A stretch of DNA of 63,995 bases, counting the filler, from Lenisia limosa (Eukaryota; Protista; Breviatea): assembly GCA_001655205.1 (NCBI GenBank). It is 10 parts of 10 records of this genome, joined end to end, with 100 filler letters (N's around TTAATTAATTAA, not from the genome) between each part and the next. Parts side by side here need not be neighbours in the genome. Positions count along the whole stretch, not along the records: positions 38,254 to 46,642 come from LPNZ01010634.1; positions 46,743 to 48,181 come from LPNZ01011648.1; positions 48,282 to 50,853 come from LPNZ01004723.1; 7 more parts are not named here. The stretch is one strand, 5' to 3'. The notes under the pieces are model-generated. The model was not told where the DNA came from, made no database searches, and saw only the letters and a program-made list of their open reading frames with translations. Position numbers and translations under genes: made by a program. Numbering within the stretch: position 1 is the first letter of the stretch; each line of letters opens with the position of its first letter. This document shows positions 38,298-48,689 of the stretch, in pieces.

Positions 38298-39400
38298 TTA
38301 GGGATAAAGAAAGGCAAAAAGAGAAAAGCGCTCATGACCACCAGACCGAACTTGGGCTAAATCTATAAGCTTTTTGGAACAGCATGGGTTCCGAAACAGG
38401 TTTTTTTTTAACAATTGAAAGTGAACAACACACATCCCTGAAAACATCAAGATTTTCTCTTTTGGGAGAGATTCTTCTTCTGCATCGCAACAGCAGATGG
38501 GTGTTGAGCAATTCGATGTAGTCAAATGTTATATACTATTTAAAGAAAAACCCGATTTAGTCAACCTTGAGGTGAGTGAGCTAGCATCCAAGTCAATGCC
38601 AAAATCTTTCTTTGGGCATTTTTCGAATTCCTTTTCAATATTAATATTGAAAAACACTCATCTCTCTTTGAAGCGCTTTCTCTCAATAGTTGACAAAAGC
38701 CAACTTTTCCTCAATACCTTCTGTCTTTGCCTTTTCCAGGACTTTCCAAATAGCCACTGCTTCAGGACACCGTATAATAAGAAGATTTTTAAAAAAACTT
38801 TATTAAATGTAGCTTCCTTTGGTTCAATTGCTTCGAATTGCACATTGATTATAATGGGCTGCAGTGTAAGCGTAAAACGCTATGTTTCATAACTAACTTC
38901 AAGAACTTTCACTGAAAAAGGATCCAAAGCCTTCTTTCCGTGTTAGGAAACGGCATTTGCTTTGCGTTTGCGAATAAGAACTCCCACTGAGGACAGTCCA
39001 AGCATGAATTTCGTCATCATGGAACAAAAATGTTATACCATGCGGAAGATGAGGATTTCTAGATGATATTATTAGAGTGGCTCACAAACGTTTCACCTTA
39101 CCTCAGCGGGTTTGACTTGTTGAAAACAACATCAGCAAAGCAGTTGGTCCTTCGCTCCTCATCATAATCCTCAAGGAATCGGCATTAAAGCGGAAATGAG
39201 TGCCCTTCCCTTCAACCCACCCACATCCAGAAGGGTGACAGTGCCGGAATAGACATTGTGGAAAAGTTTTGAATGAGCCTCCCGAATGGGTTTGGAACAT
39301 TGTCTGAAAATCTATTCGAAAAAGGCAGGGCTTGTATGGCGGGACCAGCTTTGGACGCTATGTGAGGGGGAAGGGAGTGAAAGAACGAGGGGAGTCATAC
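38298..39400 (-). CDS. Unresolved multi-exon gene(s) divergent from the PKA regulatory subunit
   Basis: Clear GTAAGG..TAG intron near 39060-39101 and several 30-60 codon open stretches; no single model closed. Confidence 0.3.
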
Positions 39401-39829
39401 AACTTGGGAAAAAGTTCTTTTAATCAAATCGCTTACATTTTAAGAACCTCAGAAGAGCAGAGGAAGGATGGGAGAACAGCTACCAAGAAGAATATGAGGT
39501 AATGTGGTAAAAATAAGGCCTGAATAAATATCAAGGCTCGAAAATGACCATATTTTGACGTTAGACTATGTCGATATTCGACAAATGTTGGCAGTGTCCC
39601 TTCCCCGTCTTTGCCGTTCTTCCTTCTTTAATAGCAATTCAAAAGAAAGAAGGAAAGAAAAGCAGCAGTAATTATCAGTCAGTTTCCGCTTTTACCAGCT
39701 TCAGAGGCTTTGCCGCCTGGGGTGGCGAAGCGTAGGAGTTTGTTCAGAGTGGTTTTGATCAACCACAGGCACACAGGATCAACATCAAAACACAATCAAA
39801 ACATTGTCAAAACATCAAAACTGCAAAAT

Positions 39830-40994
39830 ATGTCAATCTGTCAATACTTGGCTGAAAAAAGTGTTCATACTCTTTTAAAGAGTGCTCTAATCGAAGTTTG
39901 TCTTCACAAACCTGAAGACCCAATTGCATTTTTGGCACAGCATCTTGCTGCTTTAAATTCAAGTAAATCAAAACCACAAAGAAAGCGAAGAGGTGCTGTC
40001 AGTGCTGAACCTCTGAGATATGATGCGTCTGTTGTTTCTCCAGTAGTTATTCCTAAAGATGCTGAAACTGCAGCAAGGTTAAGACAGGTATTGTTCTTAT
40101 CAATTATGGTTTGTCATTAAGTAGGAATGTTTTATTCTCACATTTGGATGAATCTCAGCAGCAAGCTGTTTTTGATGCATTATTTGAGTGCAGTTTTTGT
40201 AAGAATGAAACAGTTATTTCCCAGGGAGATGAAGGTGATAATTTTTATATTGTTGAAGAAGGAACGCTGAATATTTTTGTAAAGAGACCTGGAACCCCAG
40301 CTGAAAAAGTAATGACAGTTTCGGATGGAGACTTTTTTGGGGAGTTGGCTTTAATATACGGATGCCCAAGAGCAGCTACTGTGATTGCTGTTTCAGAAGT
40401 TAAACTCTGGGCAATTGATAGAATCACTTATCGATCGATATTAATGTTTATGATTGATTTTTAATCAGGGAGACAACTATGAGAAAGCGCAAAATGTATG
40501 AGGGATGTTTAAGTCAAGTTCCCATTTTTAGTTTGCTTTTTGTCCTTATTTGAAAATCTTGATAAATATGAGAGATCTATTATTGCTGACGCAGTAGTTG
40601 AAGTATTGTTTCGTTGTTCATAAGGATTCATTTCAACCAAATGATATTATTGTTCAAGAAGGTGATTCAGGAGAGGAGTTCTATATTATTCTAAAAGGCG
40701 AAGTAACAGTAACTCAAGCAAATGGCGTGGAGGTTGGACATTTAAAAGAGATGGAGTTTTTTATTAAGGAACTTATTTGCTATTTTGGAGAGATATCTTT
40801 ACTCACTGCCAAGCCAAGAGTAGCTTCAGTAAATGCTTTAACGAGTGTTCAGTGCATCAAGCTTGACAGAGAAAGGGTTTTTCACTTTGAATAATTTGTT
40901 TACAAGATTACTAGGTCCTGTTGAGGACATCCTTCGAAGAAATATGGCAGATTATCGGAATTATCTCAATGAACCCTCAGTTGTTGGGCCCTGA
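39830..40994 (+). CDS. PKAR: cAMP-dependent protein kinase regulatory subunit; six introns of 22-26 nt (40088-40113, 40446-40468, 40531-40552, 40603-40624, 40756-40779, 40877-40898)
   Basis: D/D domain (YLAEKSVHTLLK..CLHKPEDPIAFL), pseudosubstrate RRGAVSAE, two cNMP domains with FGELALIYGCPRAATV and FGEISLLTAKPRVASV. Confidence 0.97.
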
Positions 40995-42470
40995 GCAAAG
41001 GTGTATTATTTTTGTCTTCGCTTTAGGCATGCATTTATATTTAGATTGTGAGTAATCTGGAGCTGGAACATGGGGTCGTAGAATTGGGAAATTTGAGGTA
41101 GTTCAGTTCTTTTTTTGATTTTGGAAAAAAAATAAAAAAAATGTACTTAAAAAGACCCTCCAGCGTAATTCCGCAGGAATAGTATTGAGTAGAAAAATGT
41201 AAAAATGCCCATTTTCCCGACTTCTGAGGTTGTTCTTAGACGTTTTGTGCTTCGCGTTTTTCACCTCTTTGGGATTTAAACACAATATTTGAGGAATTTG
41301 AAAAATTTAAGTGACTATGCACAACCAACACCAACTCATTGGAAAACTTTTCGCACCGTAAGCAACTGAAAGATACATTATTTGAATTGCTAATATCGAG
41401 AAAAAATCCAAAAGAGCCCATTTAACTTGAACTGTAATATTTTTAGCACCGCAGAAAGCGTGCCCCCCCCTCCCACCTTCATCCTCCTCTGAGAACCCAC
41501 CTCCTGTTAGTGGGTCAAAAAGGAATGGCATAGTTACTCTTTTTTGGGTACAAGAGTTATCGGATCATAGAGAGTATCCGAAATCAAGTATGAATAATGT
41601 TTCATCAAAGAGCCATTGATGGTGAAAAAAAATAATGTCAGTGCCTGTGTACTATATCACCCACGGACAACTTGAGTTTTCCATAAAAAAATCATCATAA
41701 ACCCTATTTTCCTTTTGTTTTCGAAAGTAATTTCAATCTTAATCAAATGATAAAATGACTACTTCAATTATTGTGGGGTCAAAACCAAATCAAATCCCTA
41801 AGCTGTATATTTACGGTCCAAATACTGTCATAAAATCGTTATAAAAGGCCACATTCAAGGAATAAATGGAAACTGTCCGGGAAAGTTCACCCTTGTAGAC
41901 AGTGATTTTTTTGAGCATTTTCCTCTCAAAATTCACCATTATATAGCCAAAGCAAAGGGGAACAACCAATTACTCCGATGGGTGCAAATTTTTGCTTCTT
42001 AACACTAAAAGAGGGTAAGATTCAGAAAAAAATCCAGTGAAAAGGCAAAAGAGGGACCCCCGGGAGACCAAATTCACGAAAATTTGATATTTGCTCAAAA
42101 TTGAAAAAAAAAAAAGTTGGGGAACATTAGAAGGTCCATTTCTCTATGTATCTGTCGAAGCAGATTTTTTAAAATAACACTAACATTGGCCTATAAAAGG
42201 TGACAACTTCAAGCTGTCCGGGAGTTTTTGATGTATCCGGTGAAATTGAATGATGTCCGGAGCGGAGCTTTGAGGACCCACATTACATAGGAAAATTTCA
42301 GTCAAATTTGGAAATAAAGTGATTATAACTCAAGGCTACCATTATATTTTTTTTACTAGAGGTTTTCAGGGTCTGCAAATCCAAATTACATGTCAAAAGT
42401 AGTTTAAGTGGGCAAAATGTACCTAAACCCTCAAAAAACCGACTTTTTAGGAAATACCTTGTGTCAATAT

Positions 42471-42543
42471 TGAAATACCTTCAGGCAAGAAAATCTCAAA
42501 ATAGATAATTTTACTTTCTAAAATTCGGTCATCTGAGGGGTTT
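42471..42543 (+). repeat. Direct repeat, copy 1 (copy 2 at 43416-43480)
   Basis: TGAAATACCTTCAGGCAAGAAAATCTCAAAATAGATAATTTTACTTTC..GGTCATCTGAGGGGTTT occurs twice with one short indel. Confidence 0.85.
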
Positions 42544-42749
42544 CCGGCGGGTTTCCAAAACTTTTTTCGGNNNNNNNNNNNNNNNNNNNNNNNNNGGTTT
42601 CCCCACCTGTCGGAGTTTTTCATCCCCACCTAGTATTAGAATGTTTGTTTGTTGTTTGTATGTAATTGTGTAATTATATGTAAGCTGTAAATATCTACAT
42701 TCTTGTGGTTATAAACATCCTACGTAACCAACAATATGAAAGGTGACAT

Positions 42750-43400
42750 TGAGTTTCAAAAGTTGATCGTGTCTTCAATGTTGTCAACTATACTTTTGCC
42801 CTTTTCCTCCGAGCTTGATACCCACTCTTCCCGTTCTCCACCCGCAACCATTTTGAATATCCTAAATAGTAAACAGGAAATAGAAAAGAATGCAACAGGT
42901 TAGCGCAAAAGGGTTGATGAGCTCACGTTAATTGGGAAGAATATTAAGGCTATCTAAAGTCGAAAAGACCAGAATTTGCCAGAACCATATAGTAAATAGG
43001 ACTTGTTTACAACGCGAAGAGAGGCAAAGGTGAAATGTTGAAGCAGTTGAAAAACACACTCAGAAGACTTAGTACATCTAGCCCAGTAGAATGAACTCCA
43101 ATTTCTCTTACAGAATGAGCGGGGGATTCTCTTGCACTTGCTTGAAATTTGAGAACGCGAAAAAGTCGGTTTGACTACTTTCCGGGTCTGGAACCAGATA
43201 GGAGGACCCGGCAGCGGATCGGTAAATACTACACATATAATGAAAAAATACTAGGACATGCTACCAAGTGGGTTTTGGGGTAATTTATTACACAGACGGG
43301 CTGTAAAAGCTTGGAGTGGACTGGTTGTTGAGCTGTTTTTGCTTTTGCTGCTGTCTAAGCTTCTTTTGTTATGGGGTCAAAGTGAAGAGTCAAGGTCGTC
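42750..43400 (-). CDS. Putative multi-exon hypothetical protein
   Basis: Open segments SLDSSKSKNSSTTSPLQAFTARLC.., VFTDPLPGPPIWFQTRKVVKP.., ..GEREEWVSSSEEKGKSIVDNIEDTINF stop with GT-AG flanks. Confidence 0.3.
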
Positions 43401-44063
43401 GTGATTATAAATATTTGAAATACCTTCAGGCAAGAAAATCTCAAAATAGATAATTTTACTTTCGGTCATCTGAGGGGTTTGAAGCCTGGGTAACCAGTTT
43501 CACTTAAAATGCTATTTAAATATAATCTAGCCCCAAAGACACAGGAGAACGCCCCTAGATAGAGAATCACAACACTATTTCGAAAAGACCACTCTACTCT
43601 AAGCGCCTTCTTACCTTTATTTACATGATTCAAAGTAAAGATTGTTGAGTTGAGTTATACCGCACTTCTCACAATATTCTTGAGAATAAGAAAGAGGCAT
43701 ATGAATACAATTTTTGTGATAATAAGCAAGAATACAAATCAGGCAAATAAACCACTTTTATACCGTTTCCTGGGGAGCTACTTAGGGGGTCATGGCCCTG
43801 GAAACAATAATAATGCTCTTTGCATAATTGATTGAAAATATATTTAAGATAAATTCATCTTCTTTCCCATGACCGGCTTTAACTACTCCGACTAGTTTTC
43901 AGACTTTCTTCAGACTATCTCTTTGCCCTCCATGCCTCCATGCCAAGGGCGGCCAAAACGTCAACACATTTGTTATGCCATCTGTCTCGCATCAGAATTG
44001 CACAAGAGCATCAGCAAACCCCAGTTGAAAGATTGAAACCATTAATCCAGTAATTGTATTCTA

Positions 44064-44643
44064 CTACCCTCTGATCAAATTTGATTGAAACCGCCTTCGA
44101 ATATCAAACAGCTCAATAAATAATTGATCGATTTGTCTTGACTTCGACCCTAAAATAAAATGAACAATAAGACCAGAAAACTGAATATACTCCTCAAAAA
44201 GGGCAGAAAGGGTCCACCCCTGGTGTTTTCTCAACAGCCCAACAATACAACCAGTGCGATGCTTATCAATACCAATCAAGAACTTTTCCTTTATTACAGT
44301 GGATCAAAATAGGATGAAACAGCTGATTACTTAATATTTCAAATATTTCCTTGATTACTCTATAATTCATAAAAATAAAAGGTTCCAAAGTTATTGAATA
44401 AACCTTACTTTATTTCCCATTAGAGGAAATTGAAACACCCTAATCTGAGAAAATTTAAAGGCTGACAGCAATGATTCATCATACTTCTCAGGACATAAAT
44501 AACTTGATCAACAACGCAATATACATAATTGATTTTATTGATAGTTCTTTAATAAACCCAAAATGATTTTTGCAGGGGAACCCAGAACGGTAAATACCTT
44601 CTGTAACTATTCCAAAATTTGGTGGTATAGAGTAGTACATCAT
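44064..44643 (-). CDS. SIW14: Siw14/PFA-DSP family phosphatase; introns 44503-44524, 44386-44408, 44262-44283, 44150-44173
   Basis: PPNFGIVTEGIYRSGFP, YLCPE, GNKEPF, catalytic HCNKGKHRTGC, WTLSALFEEY, DQLFIELFD. Confidence 0.95.
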
Positions 44644-45549
44644 GAGCCTGTCATGAGCTGATCATGGCTTTCAATGGCTTTCTAACACCTGCAGAAAAGG
44701 CTAGGAGGTGTTTTGTATATAAACATGGGGGTCACTGGTCCGCCTTTTTCGGATGTTGAATTGGACAGGCTCGCAACGTCATCGAATCGGAATTTTTCCA
44801 AACTTCTTCATTCGCACAGAGTAATTATTGTCTCAATTGCTTAAATATTGGGTATCTCAACTCAAGGGGGCGCCGATATCGATATAGTGACGATCTCCGA
44901 TCTCCGTCAATGCGCGACCTCAACAATAATATTTGGGTGTAAATGTGTAAATGATATTATACGATTACTGAGGATGAAAATATTTTTTTTGTTTGCATTG
45001 CTGCATGTACTGTTGTCTTTTTGTTTTCCCATTTTTCTTCCTCATATGATGTCACAAGGTCACAAGCGTGCAAGATCACAATAACATTTGCTTATAAAGG
45101 TTCTTCTTTTATATTTTCACTGTTAGAGGTAGCTAACAGTATGTATTATTTGTTGTTCTTTTAACGTCGTCAAGTAAGTCAGAACCGGGTGGCTTGCATG
45201 CAATACCGTGAGTGATGCGTCAGTCCCTCACTGTCTCAATCGGCATGAATAGTAGGTTCCAATAAGCGTGATGCTAAATTCCGAATTCAGCTAATAATCT
45301 CACGGAAACAATCAATCAAAATTATATATTTGTCCGCCCGAACAATAGTTAAGAAAAATTAAGCAGACTCCCGCTTTAAACGGCTTTGGCCAGAAACCAC
45401 CTATTTTTTTTTCTCATCTATTACATGATATACATTATGATGCATGTCATTATGATTTGATATGAAACATACATAGTATATGATATATTGTCAAGTATTC
45501 AGAGGATACTACAATAATAGTTCATGATTTTTTTAGGAATTTACGCATA

Positions 45550-46642
45550 GTAAAATGCCATTGCTTTCAGACTACCTTACTCTCAAGGCACAACGAGTAA
45601 ACGGGACTCCATCCGCCCTTAAATAGACAAATCTCAGTTCAGTTCAGTTCCGTGAATTTGTTGTCAAAATAAAAAATGTTAGAACAAATCTTAGCTATAG
45701 TTTAATGTTTACTAGGTTGATTTTGGTGCATTTTGGCAGGTTTTATCATGGTTTTAGTCAAGGAAAAAGTGAAAATCAAAACCGACACAGTTTCTCAAAA
45801 CCGACACGGTTTAGGCGCTTGAGCATATACATATCATATGATATATGATATATAGATATGATATACTACATATACTATACTTCTTCTGAGCTTCACGCTC
45901 GAACTGCTGATAAAATTGAGCAATCGGTTCGCAGACTACTTCTGAGGCTAAGTAGTTATACACACTTGTGGCCATTCATCTTTCCACAAAAACAAGAGAA
46001 CCCCACATACATGTACCTTTCAAATATTCTTGATCCATACACTATCTTGATGCTTCTATTATTCTTGCGGCTAAGGCCTCCATCGTTCAGGCAACATGAA
46101 ATGCGCGAATACCCGCCCGCTGCATAATGTCTTGGTTGACAGACCTCGAGTTAACCTCACGGCAATGTGACCAGATCCTTCTCCCACTGTTGAAGAGCCT
46201 GCCCATTTGAAGCACTTTCTCGGGCTTGACAGTTTAATATTGAGGGTTTCTTCTCTTCACCCATAATCCTTCTCGCAAGAGCGATTTTTTGATAATACAA
46301 TTGGATCTGTTTCTTGACAATCTTGGAATCTACTTTCACTCCCATCTACACAGTTAAAGTGTAAGTTGAAATATTACATACAATATTATACATGTACNNN
46401 NNNNNNNTTACGTATAATAATTGGATGTTTATCGATTTCAGAAAGAGCAATGCAACAAATCCCCCCACTCACTGCAATCATTCTTTGGACTGCTAATTTG
46501 CCCTCCTTGATTGTCGAGGGACCAGTTTTTCTTCCATGGAAAATTATGCTTTCGTCACTCTTTTGCTCTATTCTCCCTTTCTGAAGTTTCACCGCGTCAT
46601 TAATGGTCGATAGAGGTACTTTGATCGCATATCTGCTTGGCA
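45550..46642 (-). CDS. 5'-partial multi-exon hypothetical protein
   Basis: Exons ..KLAVQRMIA | MGVKVDSKIVKKQIQLYYQKIALARRI..KDLVTLP with GTGAGT/GTGAGG donors. Confidence 0.45.
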
Positions 46643-47448
46643 NNNNNNNNNNNNNNNNNNNNNNNNNNNNNNNNNNNNNNNNNNNNTTAATTAATTAANN
46701 NNNNNNNNNNNNNNNNNNNNNNNNNNNNNNNNNNNNNNNNNNGCCGGCCGCCTCCCCCGGCCTCACGACCCCGTCCGTCTGGGGCACCCTCACGGTACGG
46801 AGAATGGGTACACCATTAATGGCATAGCGTTGATTTAGGTTCTGGAAAGTTACCCAGGCTCTATTGTTTTCATTCAAAGCTAATATCTAACTCTATGAAT
46901 AAGATAGTGGTGTGTGTGTATAGGGGGGGGGGGGGTNNNNNNNNNNNNNNNNNNNNNNNNNNNNNNNNNNNNNNNNNNNNNNNNNNNNNNNNNNNNNNNN
47001 NNNNNNNNNNNNNNNNNNNNNNNNNNNNNNNNNNNNNNNNNNNNNNNNNNNNNNNNNNNNNNNNNNNNNNNNNNNNNNAGTTGGCTTAATGCAATTTTAA
47101 TGTTTAGGGTTTATGTATTGTCTTCTTCTTTTGTACATCACAGAATTCAATAACGCCTACTTATCTACATATTTCATACTTTTCAAAGGTGAAGAATAAG
47201 CAGATGGGAGATGTAAATATCAAAATCAGTATCAAGTGTGGACCAAAGAAAACACAAAAATACACACACACTCACATGCGCGCGCCTTTACTTGAGTCTG
47301 AGAAAGATAGAGGGTATAAATAGATAATCATTCCTTCGGATAAATGAACCATGAACAAATTATCCTCTCTTTTTCCATAAGAAGTGACCTAAATGAAACT
47401 CACACAGTTCCGTACATTGTCAAAAAGAACTAAGAAGACGTAAGGGGC

Positions 47449-47768
47449 TCAACCATCGCGCCACTGATGCGCGCATTTACAGCACTTATAGAACTCTGTC
47501 ATTGGTTCATCAGCAGAACGGATTTGAATTGTCAGGAAGAAGGCTGTAGGGTTTTGACACTCAGGACATTCACCTAGGTTAAAACAAAGAAATAACTGTT
47601 TGTTGTGTCAACATTATCCCAATTCGCTTGGGTCAGGATCAACTTGGCTGCCTTGGGGTGGCATATTGACGCGTCACGAAGGACCTGGTTTTGGAACTTA
47701 GAGCCGCACAGAGCACATGAGGTATTGAGGGACTCCAAATGAGACGAACACATTTGGCAAAACAACAT
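47449..47768 (-). CDS. RPC11: RNA polymerase III subunit C11 (RPC10/POLR3K); one 23-nt GT-AG intron at 47574-47596
   Basis: MLFCQMC..CALC, WDNVD, CPECQNPTAFFLTIQIRSADEPMTEFYKCCKCAHQWRD: two zinc ribbons with the TFIIS-type RSADEP loop. Confidence 0.94.
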
Positions 47769-48523
47769 CTAAATGATAGTGAGAATGGAAATTAATGTTA
47801 CAAATTAATCCTTGTAGGCTGAAAAATGAGAAACACAAGAGGACTTGAAACAACACGCCGGTTTGGTACTTAGTTTATTGGAAAATATAGAGATGAGAAA
47901 TAATCGATCCTGTTGATGTCCCCTAGCCGAAATACTCCACTGTTGAGAGCTTTTGCACAAGCAGGCGGGGACAAAGACAGGGAAAGGTATGTGGAAATGA
48001 GGATAACATGAACCGTTCTAAAGTGTTTCCCTTTACATAGCGGTATCATCAATGCTGGCTCCCCCAATAAATAAATTCTTTCAAAAGAAATAGAGGTCAG
48101 TTCAAAAGACACCAAGTGGATGAAACAAACCGATCGTGTTGCAGCACTGACCATATGCAACGGTGACATTAACCCCCCCCCNNNNNNNNNNNNNNNNNNN
48201 NNNNNNNNNNNNNNNNNNNNNNNNNTTAATTAATTAANNNNNNNNNNNNNNNNNNNNNNNNNNNNNNNNNNNNNNNNNNNNGCTTGTAAGTAGTTGTCTC
48301 TAGAATTGATGTACCACGAGATTGTATTTATTTAGTTTTTCTATATTTCATTTATTTATCTTTATTAAATATGCACTTTCAAACCTCACCTTTCACCTTT
48401 CAGAGTCTTACAAGGAGTCATGGTAGATGGTAGAAAGGTATCGCGGAATGTATTTATACTGATTTCGAAAGAGGTACACCGTCATCATCATGGTCATGAT
48501 TATCATAATATAGAGACAGATAT

Positions 48524-48680
48524 GAGAAATAAAACAAGGTTGTATCGGCCGAAGCCGTCCACACCATCACGTTTATTAGGGATACTGAATTATTGTATTA
48601 TTTAATTCACCCAAACAGTTGCCTTACAAATCTATGTACAGAGCTCTCTGCGCGCCTATTTTCATGCCATATTTTATGTG
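48524..48680 (+). repeat. Repeat family C, second subfamily (further copies 49390-49500, 50954-51010, 56160-56300)
   Basis: GAAATAAAACAAGGTTGTATCGGCCGAAGCCGTCCACACCATCACG..AATTCACCCAAACAGTTGCCTTACAAATCTATGTAC. Confidence 0.85.
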
Positions 48681-48689
48681 ACTAATTTT

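Noticed and set aside
40078-40121. Canonical 44-nt GT-AG alternative for the first PKA-R intron
   Set aside because: It removes six residues from the conserved helix before NVLF.
40513-40530. Canonical 19-nt GT-AG alternative (GTCAAG..TTTTAG) for the third PKA-R intron
   Set aside because: It keeps the frame but gives CLICFLSLFENL and destroys the conserved LSxVPI segment; the TG model aligns without gaps. RNA data are still needed.
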